A stretch of 64,000 bases of DNA, from contig JBEKTQ010000001.1 in NCBI GenBank assembly GCA_049515895.1, forward strand, positions 162,535-226,534. The letters run 5' to 3'. A program made the translations under genes and the position numbers. This DNA comes from Candidatus Bathyarchaeia archaeon (lineage in GTDB: Archaea > Thermoproteota > Bathyarchaeia > Bathyarchaeales > Bathycorpusculaceae). Shown here piece by piece: positions 28,774-39,073 of the stretch (its first letter is position 1; each line of letters starts with the position of its first letter). The notes beneath the pieces were generated by a model. It made no database searches, had not been told where the DNA came from, and worked only from the letters and a program-made list of their open reading frames with translations.

Positions 28774-30111
28774 CTAGGGCTTTTTTATGTAGCTTAATGT
28801 CTCTTCGATGTTTTGGAAGCCATATTTAACTCCGCTAAACTCCTTCCTCAGAAGTTGCACGTCTTTCTTAACCTCTTCGGGTTTACGCTTACCTTTTATA
28901 ACGTTAATTATAAGGTCGCACAGGTGTTTTATGTCGCCTTCCCTGAAGCCCCTTCGAGTTACATCTTGGAAGCCGATTCTTAGCCCTGAAGGATCCTCTT
29001 TGCTGCTCTGGTCATCGTAGGGCAAGAGGTTCTTGTTGAGAATTATGTTTGCCTCTTCGAGGTCTTGAGCAATCTTGTTGCCGCCGCCGAAACTCCGGAT
29101 ATCAACCGCGATTTGGTGAGATTTAGTGAAGCCTTTTTTCTCAGCGATAACTTTAATCCCATTCTCAAATAGGTATTGCCCAGCAGTCTGAGCGTTTTTC
29201 ACTATCTGCTTTGCGAGATCCACTCCAAAAAGCTTCATTTCTAAAGATGCAACACCGAGCGCTGGCAACCTGCCAAGGTGGGTGTTCGAAGCGGTAAGTG
29301 GGAAAATGGCAAACTGAATTTTCTTCACGGCTTTCTCCAGGCCCGGATTGTTTTGGTTCCCCATTATGACGCCGCCTTGAGGACCAGGAAAAGTTTTGTG
29401 AGTTGAAGAAGTGACAAAATCTGCTCCTTCCCGCAACGGATCTTGGAATTGGCCACCAGCAATTAAGCCTAGAACGTGCGATGCGTCGTAGGCCACGTAC
29501 GCGCCAACTTCGTCACAAACAGCCTTCAACTCTTTAACTGGATGTGGAAACAAGAAGAGGCTTCCGCCGAATGTAACTATGCCGGGTTTGGCGGCACGTA
29601 TGACGTAGGCTGATTTTTCTGGGTCAATGTTGAATTCGTCTACGTTGTAAACGTGGTTAATATTGTCTAAGCCCAATATGTTGCCTGCTAAACCCGTGTA
29701 GTCGTGTGAAATGTGCGCGCCGCAGCTTAGAGGTGTGACAACCATTTTGTTGTTTTTTGAGGCTAACGACAAACCTTTGAAAGTGGCTAGGTTCGCGTGG
29801 GTACCGGAAACTAAACGCACATCTGCCCAGTCAGCCTTAAAGAGGCTCTTCATCAGATCTGTCGCGTAATCTTCAATTTGGGACATGTACTTCTGTCCCT
29901 GGTAGTAACGCTTTTTGACATGACCCTCTCTGTCGTTGTCTCCTTCCGCGTATCTAGCTGCTAAATCACGCGAAAAGCAGAGCATCTGGTTGACTGCTGG
30001 AGACTTCAACCCCTCACTGGCAATCATGTTTATGCATTCTTTTTCGCGGTACTGCTCGTGTTTGCGACTTGCTTCAATCAAGTTTTCGAATAGTTCCGAG
30101 AAGTTGTCCAT
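28774..30111 (-). CDS. glyA: Serine hydroxymethyltransferase (archaeal type)
   Basis: MIASE, RYAEG, GAHISH, YDASH, SSTHKTFPGPQGG, NKNLLP. Confidence 0.95.
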   Translation of the reverse strand: MDNFSELFENLIEASRKHEQYREKECINMIASEGLKSPAVNQMLCFSRDLAARYAEGDNDREGHVKKRYYQGQKYMSQIEDYATDLMKSLFKADWADVRLVSGTHANLATFKGLSLASKNNKMVVTPLSCGAHISHDYTGLAGNILGLDNINHVYNVDEFNIDPEKSAYVIRAAKPGIVTFGGSLFLFPHPVKELKAVCDEVGAYVAYDASHVLGLIAGGQFQDPLREGADFVTSSTHKTFPGPQGGVIMGNQNNPGLEKAVKKIQFAIFPLTASNTHLGRLPALGVASLEMKLFGVDLAKQIVKNAQTAGQYLFENGIKVIAEKKGFTKSHQIAVDIRSFGGGNKIAQDLEEANIILNKNLLPYDDQSSKEDPSGLRIGFQDVTRRGFREGDIKHLCDLIINVIKGKRKPEEVKKDVQLLRKEFSGVKYGFQNIEETLSYIKKP

Positions 30112-30209
30112 TTTCTTAGCTCTTCCCCACGTTGAATAATCAACCGAATTGCACTTTGGACTATTTAGCCGTTACTGGGATCACTTTGGCCTTCAAAGGT
30201 TCATTCTTG

Positions 30210-30638
30210 CTATAGCACATACATGATAATGTAGAATATTTCTCCTGAAAGGAATGCAAACCACCAGATGTAGAAAAGAGGCGAGGTCAGGACACGGTGA
30301 TAGCGATTTGGCTTCTTTGTCCCAAGTGCCCAAAAGCCTGTGATAAGCACTAGGATTTCCAATGTCATGACAATAATCGCAACGGGTATGTGAACCACCA
30401 TGAAGTAAATGTTTAGGAGAGGCGTCATTTGCAGGGTCTCTCCGTTCACTGCTCCGCCGAAAGTTCGATAAAGCATGTAACCTATTGAAACTGAAAGATC
30501 CCACACGACAGCTGCAAAGCCTGTAACAGGGTGAAAACGCTTCTTGCTTTTCCCGCTTAAAAATGCGTGGACAAAGAGAAAAGCCACTGGAATCAAGGCG
30601 ATTGCGACAAATGTGCTTGCAAACGGGGCAGCGGTCAC
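30210..30638 (-). CDS. Four-TM DUF420-like membrane protein
   Basis: Four TM helices with conserved-looking His (RFH, VVH, YHR). Confidence 0.7.
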   Translation of the reverse strand: MTAAPFASTFVAIALIPVAFLFVHAFLSGKSKKRFHPVTGFAAVVWDLSVSIGYMLYRTFGGAVNGETLQMTPLLNIYFMVVHIPVAIIVMTLEILVLITGFWALGTKKPNRYHRVLTSPLFYIWWFAFLSGEIFYIIMYVL

Positions 30639-30701
30639 TAGGTATCACCAATGCTTCAATGGGGTACCTTGCGCTTGCTAATTAAGAGTACGGTTTTTTG
30701 T

Positions 30702-31532
30702 TTAAATTTGGCTTGGAGGCTGAGTTATTTTTGCAATGACCACTCCGCCTGACAGGATGCTGTTGTTCAGGAAAGTTATTTCTTTTCCAGAATCCAAGAG
30801 AATAACAGTGTAGAATGCGGTAATTTCCTTAACTGTGCCCTGCTCGTTCATGAAGGAAGTTGTCACTCGGTCGCCTACATTGTAATGTAACCTGCTGTCT
30901 TTTAGTATTCCATTTTCACGAACAGCCGTTATGATCACTCCACCCGAGGCGATAGCGCTGTTTGGAATGGTGATTTGGCCTATATCTGTTTGTATTCTCA
31001 TGATAAGAGCGCTCATTTCAACGACTTTTCCAGGGATGTTGTTGACTATCACAGTGTCCCCCACCTTAAACTTGTAGTTCGTGAAAACCAGAAACCCTGA
31101 CAGAATGCTGCCCACAAAAGTGGATATGACTAAGCCAGCGGTGATTGAGATTATTCCTGCACCTGTTAAAAGGTCCGTTGAGCGAACCCCAATGGTTTCT
31201 AAAATTCCAAAAGTAGCGAATAAAAGAGCAATCATTAGCATGACATAGTAGATTATGGTTGAAGCTTGGGTGCCCATTCGCTGAGCCATAAAGGGTCTAA
31301 AACGTCGTATGATTCCAATTGCAGCCAACGAAAAACCAACAATTATGATTATACTTACCGCTTCTCCTACTATTTGCGAAAAGCTAACGGGCTTGGGCGC
31401 AATGAACTGGTTAAAAATGTAGAGGGCAGCAACCGTCACAAATAGAGTTACGGCTAAGTAAAAGACGAGTCTTTGCAATGACGGAATAACCTTAGCCATC
31501 TGATCCTGCATAGCCATAAGTTGCAAGCGCAT
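30702..31532 (-). CDS. MscS-family mechanosensitive channel with duplicated beta domain
   Basis: TM region, ILSG...FKVGDTV...G.V.E...ITIPNS; second YNVGDRV...ITFLNN repeat. Confidence 0.8.
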   Translation of the reverse strand: MRLQLMAMQDQMAKVIPSLQRLVFYLAVTLFVTVAALYIFNQFIAPKPVSFSQIVGEAVSIIIIVGFSLAAIGIIRRFRPFMAQRMGTQASTIIYYVMLMIALLFATFGILETIGVRSTDLLTGAGIISITAGLVISTFVGSILSGFLVFTNYKFKVGDTVIVNNIPGKVVEMSALIMRIQTDIGQITIPNSAIASGGVIITAVRENGILKDSRLHYNVGDRVTTSFMNEQGTVKEITAFYTVILLDSGKEITFLNNSILSGGVVIAKITQPPSQI

Positions 31533-31639
31533 TTCTATAGTTTTCCCAAAGATTTTCTGTTGGCAGCCCTTCTCCTAGAATTTAAAGAACTTGAAAGTGT
31601 TCGAAAATATTATATGCGCTTTGACAGAGTAGTTTAGCC

Positions 31640-31753
31640 ATGTCTGCTCCTAATTGTCCTTGCCTAAAGAAAGATTGCCCTCGCCACAGCAGCTGTCAAG
31701 AATGCGTGGATTATCACAAGGCAAAGAACGAACTGCCATTTTGCGCTAGGTAA
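31640..31753 (+). CDS. 37-aa Cys/His-rich metal-binding microprotein (DUF6485-like), absent from ORF track
   Basis: MSAPNCPCLKKDCPRHSSCQECVDYHKAKNELPFCAR; TATA-like TATTATAT upstream. Confidence 0.75.
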   Translation: MSAPNCPCLKKDCPRHSSCQECVDYHKAKNELPFCAR

Positions 31754-31760
31754 TCTGCCG

Positions 31761-32003
31761 ATGACTAAAGAATCAGACAAAGAAGCCCTAAAGAAGAGGA
31801 TAAGAATACAGGAGAAGTTCTGGAGTCAAGTTGGTGCTGTGGAACACGTTAACTTGCCCAAGCTGGAAGACGCCATAAAAAAAGAATTCGGCGCCGTTGA
31901 TACCAGGTTTGTTCAAATGCAGGTTCGGCTGATGCAGTCAGAGGGAAGAATAAGGGTGCAGGACAAGGCGAAGATTTGGATCAAGCAACCAGAGAAAGTT
32001 TAA
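31761..32003 (+). CDS. Small hypothetical protein (possible winged helix)
   Basis: Follows microprotein by 7 nt; LMQSEGRIRV. Confidence 0.65.
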   Translation: MTKESDKEALKKRIRIQEKFWSQVGAVEHVNLPKLEDAIKKEFGAVDTRFVQMQVRLMQSEGRIRVQDKAKIWIKQPEKV

Positions 32004-32169
32004 GGGGTACTTCACTTATCGGGAATATTTCTACACACAGCACTACGAGTTAGTATAGATATCACATATAGACGCAATCCAGCTTATGGTAGCCTACTCT
32101 GCCTCTCTATTTAAAACTAAACTCCTAAAGGTATGTCGGAGGCAAACGGAAAACCAAGCAAATGCAAGT

Positions 32170-33387
32170 TTATTTTTTTTCCAGCCAATTCCTTGATTTC
32201 ATTACCGTTTGCCCCGCTACCTTCAAAGATAGAGCGCCCTCATAGGGACATGCCTCAATGCACCTTGCACATAGCATGCATCTGGACTCTGTCACGTCGC
32301 CGCCTTTCTTCTCATACACCTGCGTTGCCTGAGTTGGGCAAACACGTTTGCAAACGCCGCATTTTGTGCATTTCTTCTCATCCTTCTCTAATTTGGTAAC
32401 TGCTATTTGCTTAAAAGGCGTGTAGCTACTAAACAACGCGGTTATGGCGCCCAACGGACAGATTCTGCAAAAGAACCGCCTGTAAGCCAATGCCAAAGCT
32501 GTGATTGCAATCAGGACGGCGATGTTTATTGATGAGATGTAGCCGCCCCGAATCCCTAATGGTCCATAAATGATTTGGGATACGTAAGAGTACTTCATCG
32601 AACCGACGGCGCACTCAACTAGCACGCATAATGGACGCATCGGGCAAACTAGGCAGAAAGGTTCATTGAGGAACCCGACGTTGCCTGCCTCAGTTCCTTC
32701 GGGACCGCCCGGCGTCGTGCCGGGAATTAGCTGGTGACCAAAAATCTCGTATGAAGCGAAAACAACGCTAAGAATTAAGAAAATAGCTATTATTACCCAC
32801 CGCGATTGACTAAGCGCCTTGTTGGTCTTCTCTGAAAAACTTAGGTGCTTCAGCCTCGTAGCCTTGCGTACACGCGTTAAAACATCCTGATAGAGGCCAA
32901 AGGGGCAAAGCCAACCACAGAAAAACCTTCCTAAAATGATGGCTGCTATAGCAACCAAACCTATTACTATGCCTATCTTCTCAAGACCAGATGTTGAATA
33001 GATGACTTGGTAGCCTCTTGCGTAATTCCAAAATGGGAAAATGTAGGCTTGAATTTGCCAGATTGGACAGGTGACGGTTCTCCCGTTAGGGTAATAGCAA
33101 GCTAAGACTGGAAGGGAAATGCCGTCGGGGAACTGATTGCCAAACAGGTTGCCTCCTAACAGTAGGCTTCGGGGCGCGATTCCAAGAGGCGCATAGATTG
33201 GGACATCGAAGGGACCCAGGATTAACCCCATGAAAAAAGCGAAGACAGCGGCAACTTGGACAAAAAGCCTGAGCGAACTGATGTTCTTGGTTTTGTCTTT
33301 GGTCAAATTGTAAATTAGCAGAATTCCTATGACTACTATTGCTACATATATGGGGAGCACAATGTAGCTTGGGTTCTGCCACGTCAC
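32170..33387 (-). CDS. NapH/MauN-like polytopic 4Fe-4S-binding membrane protein
   Basis: GRFFCGWLCPFG, FCLVCP, RFFCRICPLG, CTKCGVCKRVCP, CMLCARCIEACP. Confidence 0.88.
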   Translation of the reverse strand: MTWQNPSYIVLPIYVAIVVIGILLIYNLTKDKTKNISSLRLFVQVAAVFAFFMGLILGPFDVPIYAPLGIAPRSLLLGGNLFGNQFPDGISLPVLACYYPNGRTVTCPIWQIQAYIFPFWNYARGYQVIYSTSGLEKIGIVIGLVAIAAIILGRFFCGWLCPFGLYQDVLTRVRKATRLKHLSFSEKTNKALSQSRWVIIAIFLILSVVFASYEIFGHQLIPGTTPGGPEGTEAGNVGFLNEPFCLVCPMRPLCVLVECAVGSMKYSYVSQIIYGPLGIRGGYISSINIAVLIAITALALAYRRFFCRICPLGAITALFSSYTPFKQIAVTKLEKDEKKCTKCGVCKRVCPTQATQVYEKKGGDVTESRCMLCARCIEACPYEGALSLKVAGQTVMKSRNWLEKK

Positions 33388-34109
33388 AGGCGAGGCCTCC
33401 GTGGCCTTCCAGACTCCGAAACCGCTAGGACCTGCCTACCATTGTTAGTCAGTTCCCCCTTCTCCGCCTGTCTTTTGGCGGCAACCTTAACAACGACGGT
33501 AGCAGCAACCGTTGCACCCACTGCTACTGTGACGGCGATGGCGACTGAATGTTGCTCATAGAAAGGCAGGTTAGAATTTCCCAAGTCACTCGTGAAGCCA
33601 AAGTATATGACTGTCACGTTCCCAGTTAAGCCCGTCACCGTGACGGTTCCGTTATGCGAAACACTCCAGCCGTTGCTGACAAATGTGCGGTTAGAGAAAA
33701 CAACCCAATTAACGCTGGCTCCCCCGCCCACTCCAACTCCCATGTTTACTGTCTGCTCACCTTCTCCCCGAACGTTGTAACTTATGCGGTCACTGGGGAA
33801 ACCAAGGATTGACGTTTCATAATTGTAGATGGTTACGTTGCAGTTCTTGGCTGAGAATTCAAGATTGGCAAGTGGCTTCGACCCGTTAATGTACAGGTTC
33901 ATGAAGAACCAAGCATTGTCCTCAAACGTAGCCTTTGAATAGTTTCCGCCTTCTGCAAAGCTGAAAACGCCGTTGTAGATAGGAACGGTAAATTTGGTTG
34001 TCGGGTCAAATGCCGTGGTATTTTGTGCTATGGCGTTTGGACAAATCAACGGCACAACGAGAATTGCGATTATTGATGCAAGTTCAATCGCGAAACCACG
34101 CCGATTAAT
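33384..34109 (-). CDS. Secreted, C-terminally anchored surface protein; probable ATT start at 34109
   Basis: Signal peptide INRRGFAIELASIIAILVVPLICPNAIA lies upstream of first GTG (34055); C-terminal TM. Confidence 0.7.
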   Translation of the reverse strand: MNRRGFAIELASIIAILVVPLICPNAIAQNTTAFDPTTKFTVPIYNGVFSFAEGGNYSKATFEDNAWFFMNLYINGSKPLANLEFSAKNCNVTIYNYETSILGFPSDRISYNVRGEGEQTVNMGVGVGGGASVNWVVFSNRTFVSNGWSVSHNGTVTVTGLTGNVTVIYFGFTSDLGNSNLPFYEQHSVAIAVTVAVGATVAATVVVKVAAKRQAEKGELTNNGRQVLAVSESGRPRRPRL

Positions 34110-34296
34110 TGCCGCTCGCCCCTCCCCTTACCAAGTAAGAGAATTTATGGGTCTTTGAGCTATAAGGTTTTTCAGTTTCAGCCCAGTTAAATAAATTTTT
34201 ACGCTTCGGTCGGAACATGTTTAATAGCAAAACGGCTTATTAAGAAAAACATCTGTTGCGACTGCTCAAGTTGGACCGATAAGGCGTGAAATAGCA

Positions 34297-35358
34297 ATGA
34301 ACCGTAAGGGAGTTAGTTATGATGTTGGGCGAGTGATGGGTTTCAATTGGCGCCGCGATTTTGACCCAAAGATAGTGCGTCGAGAGCTTGAGATTATCAA
34401 GAACGATTTGCACTGTAATGCTGTTAGGATTTGCGGATTTGATATTAACCGGTTGATGGTTGCCACAGAAATTGCGTTAGAGCAAGGCTTGGAAGTCTGG
34501 CTTTCCCCTGAAATGTGGGATAAAGCTTCAGAGAAAACGCTCAAATACATTAAAAAAGCTGCCGCGGAAGCGGAGAAGCTGCGACAGCGTTGTGCAGAGC
34601 AGTTGGTTTTCAGTGTCGGTTCCGAATTGACTCTTTTTATGCGGGGAATTGTAGAAGGGAAAAACTTCGCGGCACGAATAAAAAATCCCAACTTGATTTC
34701 TCACTTAAAAGCTGGAGAACACAATAAACCTCTCAACAAATTTCTCTCCAAAACTAATGAGTCCGTAAGAAGAGAGTTTCATGGAAAACTAACCTACGCG
34801 TCGCTTGTCTGGGAGGCGGTAGATTGGAAGCTTTTCGATTTTGTAGGCATTGACCATTACAGAATCAATCGAATTGAAGACAAATACGTCGAAATGCTCC
34901 AGCCGTCTTTCACGCACGATAAGCCAGTCGTGATAACTGAGTTCGGCTACGGCACTTGTACAGGAGGTCTTGGTTCAGAAGGCTTCTTGAGCTCATCGGG
35001 TCTCGGCGGGGATATTATTGACCTCAAGTCGCAGTTCCTACATCAGCTGCCGCTCTTGGGCAGATTAGTTCGGCCTCACACCAAAGGAAATCATGTTCGC
35101 GACGAGGCATGGCAAGCATGCAAGCTGGTCGAAAACCTATGTATTCTCGACAATGCAGGCGTTGATGGAGCCTTCGTATTCCAATTCATTTCACAAATCA
35201 CTCCGTACAGTGATGATCCACTGTATGACCTTGACATGGCGAGCTCCAGCCTTGTAAAATACTACGGCGACGGTAAACACGGCAAAACTTACCCCGATAT
35301 GCCTTGGGAACCAAAGGAGTCATTTAGAGCCGTAGCAGATTATTACGCCAAGCATTAG
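34297..35358 (+). CDS. TIM-barrel glycoside-hydrolase-like protein
   Basis: GVSYDVG, LHCNAVRI, SVGSE, FVGIDHY, VITEFG. Confidence 0.7.
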   Translation: MNRKGVSYDVGRVMGFNWRRDFDPKIVRRELEIIKNDLHCNAVRICGFDINRLMVATEIALEQGLEVWLSPEMWDKASEKTLKYIKKAAAEAEKLRQRCAEQLVFSVGSELTLFMRGIVEGKNFAARIKNPNLISHLKAGEHNKPLNKFLSKTNESVRREFHGKLTYASLVWEAVDWKLFDFVGIDHYRINRIEDKYVEMLQPSFTHDKPVVITEFGYGTCTGGLGSEGFLSSSGLGGDIIDLKSQFLHQLPLLGRLVRPHTKGNHVRDEAWQACKLVENLCILDNAGVDGAFVFQFISQITPYSDDPLYDLDMASSSLVKYYGDGKHGKTYPDMPWEPKESFRAVADYYAKH

Positions 35359-35436
35359 CTGCTTAATGCTGCCGTTCGGATAAGTTTGTCTTAGACTTGT
35401 TTATTACTTTGAACTTGCAGTTTAAGCTAGGAATAG

Positions 35437-35697
35437 TTGATGGTTGCGAGAGCTAAAGCTAATATCCGCTTAAAAATCCGATCCGAAGAACAATTGACCA
35501 CGCTCCTCCAAGCTCTCGATCCCGAATCCAAAGCCACGGTGACAAGACGCGCCAAGGTAAAACTAGAAAAAGACGGTCTGTTTCTCGCGTTGACGGTCGA
35601 TGCGGAAGATGCGGTTGCGTTGCGGTCGACTTTAAATGCATATTTGAGATGGATCGGAACAGCGATCAATGTTATTGACTTGATTGCCGAAGGCTGA
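35437..35697 (+). CDS. pcc1: KEOPS complex subunit Pcc1
   Basis: ALDPE...VDAEDAVALRSTLNAYLRWI. Confidence 0.85.
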   Translation: MMVARAKANIRLKIRSEEQLTTLLQALDPESKATVTRRAKVKLEKDGLFLALTVDAEDAVALRSTLNAYLRWIGTAINVIDLIAEG

Positions 35698-35709
35698 CTT
35701 AGGCAGTTA

Positions 35710-35967
35710 TTATTTGTATTTTGCTTTGAAAATCAGAATTGCAAGTGCTTGGACGAAAGCTAAAGAATTCGCAAGCATGATTGGTAAGTCGTTGAGGTAG
35801 ACCCCGTAGACGAACCACAAGAACACGCCGCTGCAGTACAGCGTGAACATTCCTGTTGAGATATCTCTGGTTGATTTGGTTTTCCAGACTTTCATTAACT
35901 GTGGAAGAAGTGATATTGTGGTGAAGGCTGCGGCTATTAGACCGATGATTGTTATAACGCCTATCAT
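35710..35967 (-). CDS. SemiSWEET/PQ-loop transporter
   Basis: TTISLLPQLMKVWKTKSTRDIS, W..YG, P...AN. Confidence 0.9.
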   Translation of the reverse strand: MIGVITIIGLIAAAFTTISLLPQLMKVWKTKSTRDISTGMFTLYCSGVFLWFVYGVYLNDLPIMLANSLAFVQALAILIFKAKYK

Positions 35968-36145
35968 TCTCTTCCGTTTATAGCTTGCAATTGACCAACA
36001 TTTAGGTTTCGCCGAAGAAGTAAATTACCTCATGAAACTTGGTGGTTGTTGATGTCTCTATACAGTCACAAATGTTCTTAAAACAACGCGGTTCTCTCAA
36101 CCTTGAGAATACAACCTGATCCAAAATCTTAGTTTTCGTGCTTAA

Positions 36146-38464
36146 ATGGTGAATCGAAGAATGAGTCGAAGTTTTCAAATCAAAAAGCAGAAGGACAGCG
36201 ATCCAGCGTTTCTAAACTCTGGGAATAAACCGGTGCCCTCGCCAACAACCAATGAGGCTAGGATAACTCTCAGCGACCAAGGGCTGAATCGAAGGGAATT
36301 CTTGAAATTGACAGCTATAACAGCAGGCGGAGGCTTAGCCACACTTTTCTTGTCAAACTCTCTAAAACCTTTGGCTTTTGTGCCCAAAGTGGCGAATCAG
36401 CTTCTTGAACAGCCAAGACAAACAAAAATAGGGTTAATGGCTACTGTTGCTGCTTCTGTGTCGTCTCTTTTGGATCCGATGAGCATTCCCAAGTTCGAGA
36501 ACCAGCTAGTTAGCCCGCCGCCTATTTACCAGCCGAATGTCGTGACGAGCCAGGGCAAAGTGATTCGACACGACTACACTGTGGCCATGGCGAGTTTTAA
36601 TCAACAAATTCTTCCTCCCTCAATGAATTTGCTTACCCCAGTTTGGGGTTACGCTGGTCCAGCCATTGATGCGATAACTGGTGAGTCTTTAGGTTCTGTT
36701 CAGAGCAGCCCTGGACCTACCTTTGAAGCCACAAGAGGAGTTCCAATCCAAGTTGTGTGGCAAAACAACATCACTTCCCCGTACATGTTTGCAGTTGACC
36801 CTACAATTCACTGGGCTAACCCAATCAACATCCCCATGTCTATACCACCATTTCCGACATATCCACCAGGCTATCCGAACGCGCAATCTCCCGTTCCCCT
36901 CGTCACCCATCTTCATGGCGGTGAAAACCAGTCCTACTCAGACGGAGGCCCAAATCAATGGTTTACATCAGATGGAAAGCATGGTCAAGCATACTACACC
37001 GCTGAAAAGACTGGTTCGAACGCCGCAGTATATTATTACCCTAATACTCAGCAACCGACGACCCTGTGGTATCATGATCACGCCTTAGGTGTCACTCGAC
37101 TGAATGTGATGTCTGGGCTTGCAGGTTTCTATCTGATAAGGGAATCCAATGGAAGTGACAAAGTTGCCGCCATGCTGCCTACAGGAAAATACGAAATGCC
37201 GCTTGTGATTCAAGACAGGTCCTTCAACAGTGACGGTTCCTTAAGTTATACCTCTGTTGGCTCCGTAACTGACACCCATCCTTACTGGGTAAACAGTTTC
37301 GTGGGCAACGCCATAATGGTAAACGGCAAAGTCTGGCCTAACATGAACGTTGACAGAGGGCAATATCGACTCAGACTCTTAAACGGGTCAAACACGCGAT
37401 TTTACAGCCTCAGTTTTTCAAATGCCATGACCTTTATCCAGATTGGAAGCGACGGCGGATACCTAAAAGCGCCAGTCCCCATTACCACCTTGTTTTTGGC
37501 TCCTGCTGAACGCGCGGATATAATAGTGGACTTCTCCATTCTTGCGCCAGGAGAAAAGGTTACACTTCAAAACACAGCACTTATTTCAACCTCGGCCAGC
37601 GAGACACAGACCGTCGGGCAAATAATGCAGTTCACAGCCAACAATGCGCAAGGAACAGTACCTTTTAACATCAATTCAGCGCCAAAACCCTTCAACCCTA
37701 CGCTTGCGGGATCAAACTTTCCGACCTTACCAAAACCGACAAAGCAGCGGGTCTTGACGCTTTACGAGATCGCTGGATCAAACGGCTTAACAGTTGAAGC
37801 TCTACTTGACGGGCAAACTTGGGGTGCCTCAACCTCTGAAACGCCTGAGTTGGGCGCAACCGAGGATTGGGTGATTGTCAATCCAACTATGGATGCCCAC
37901 CCGATTCACATTCACTTGGTGCAGTTTCAACTTGCCCAGCGTCAATCATTAAACGCTCCAGGTTCTTACGTAGATGAATGGTTAAGCGTCAATGGGCAGC
38001 CACCGTTTAATCATCCGACAAGAAATGTTCAGTTGCTTTCATCCTTCATGTTTACCACTGTAAATTATCCTACGCCAGAAGAGCAATGCTGGAAAGACAC
38101 CATTACGGTGAACTCAGGCGAAGTCTTAACGATTCGAGTGAGATTTGCGCAGCAAGACGGCTCAGGCTTTCCGTTTGACGCAACTGCTGGTCCAGGATAC
38201 GTTTGGCATTGCCACCTTCTTGAGCATGAAGATAACGAGATGATGCGTCCTTACAAACTGACAGCCCCAAGTTCAGCAGTCGTTCCAATAGCGGTTTCCT
38301 CAGCTGTAGCAGGCGCCGCCATTCTATCCGCAGCGTATTACTATCAGCGAAGGAGAAAGAAGAAAGCCGCAGGCGACAAAACAGCCGATCACTCAACTCA
38401 ATTTTCGAGTAATCAAAAAATAACTTTGCGTGAGGAAATAACGGATGAAAAAGACGATTATTGA
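36146..38464 (+). CDS. Multicopper oxidase (CotA/bilirubin-oxidase-like), Tat motif and C-terminal anchor
   Basis: THLHGG, WYHDH, HPIHIH, WHCHLLEHEDNEMM; LNRREFLKL. Confidence 0.92.
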   Translation: MVNRRMSRSFQIKKQKDSDPAFLNSGNKPVPSPTTNEARITLSDQGLNRREFLKLTAITAGGGLATLFLSNSLKPLAFVPKVANQLLEQPRQTKIGLMATVAASVSSLLDPMSIPKFENQLVSPPPIYQPNVVTSQGKVIRHDYTVAMASFNQQILPPSMNLLTPVWGYAGPAIDAITGESLGSVQSSPGPTFEATRGVPIQVVWQNNITSPYMFAVDPTIHWANPINIPMSIPPFPTYPPGYPNAQSPVPLVTHLHGGENQSYSDGGPNQWFTSDGKHGQAYYTAEKTGSNAAVYYYPNTQQPTTLWYHDHALGVTRLNVMSGLAGFYLIRESNGSDKVAAMLPTGKYEMPLVIQDRSFNSDGSLSYTSVGSVTDTHPYWVNSFVGNAIMVNGKVWPNMNVDRGQYRLRLLNGSNTRFYSLSFSNAMTFIQIGSDGGYLKAPVPITTLFLAPAERADIIVDFSILAPGEKVTLQNTALISTSASETQTVGQIMQFTANNAQGTVPFNINSAPKPFNPTLAGSNFPTLPKPTKQRVLTLYEIAGSNGLTVEALLDGQTWGASTSETPELGATEDWVIVNPTMDAHPIHIHLVQFQLAQRQSLNAPGSYVDEWLSVNGQPPFNHPTRNVQLLSSFMFTTVNYPTPEEQCWKDTITVNSGEVLTIRVRFAQQDGSGFPFDATAGPGYVWHCHLLEHEDNEMMRPYKLTAPSSAVVPIAVSSAVAGAAILSAAYYYQRRRKKKAAGDKTADHSTQFSSNQKITLREEITDEKDDY

Positions 38465-38579
38465 TTTTCTGAGGATTCTCGTACCTAAATCACAGTTAAG
38501 TTTTCCGAGTCAAAAAGGTTTAAATAAACACTGTCTCATTTCGTATATGCTTTCAATGTAAAACGGATGAAAATTTAGC

Positions 38580-39071
38580 ATGTCACAGGAATATCGTTAT
38601 ATACTTCGTATCATGGGTACAGACGTTCCCGGTACCCTTAAGACTTCTTATGCGATTGCTCAAGTAAAGGGTGTAAGCCTTAGCCTCTCAAACGCAATTT
38701 TAAAGAAGGCGGAAGTGAATCCTGACCTGCGAGTGGGCTTCCTGACAGAGTCGGATATATCAAAGATTGAGAACGTTATTCGGGAGCCTGCGAAGTACGG
38801 CATTCCCACTTGGCTTTTTAACAGGCGAAAAGATACTGACACTGGAAAAGACATGCATCTTCTCAGCGCTGACTTAGTTTTAAGGACAAAGATGGATATT
38901 GACGACGCCAAAAACATTAGATCGTGGCGTGGATACCGTCATGCATACGGTCTCAAAGTCCGTGGTCAAAGAACTAAGACCACTGGAAGAGCTGGCAAGG
39001 CTTTAGGCGTCAAGAAGAAAACCCTCTTGCAGAAGCCTGGTGCAGGCGCATCTGCCGAAGGAGGCAAATAA
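38580..39071 (+). CDS. rps13: 30S ribosomal protein S13
   Basis: [29 protein letters not shown]. Confidence 0.97.
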   Translation: MSQEYRYILRIMGTDVPGTLKTSYAIAQVKGVSLSLSNAILKKAEVNPDLRVGFLTESDISKIENVIREPAKYGIPTWLFNRRKDTDTGKDMHLLSADLVLRTKMDIDDAKNIRSWRGYRHAYGLKVRGQRTKTTGRAGKALGVKKKTLLQKPGAGASAEGGK

Positions 39072-39073
39072 CA

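Noticed and set aside
30193-30651. 152-aa alternative-frame ORF with CPVC
   Set aside because: Fully overlaps the more plausible four-TM gene.
34297-35358. Anti-phage (abortive infection) role
   Set aside because: Motifs are glycoside-hydrolase-like and there is no defence-island context.
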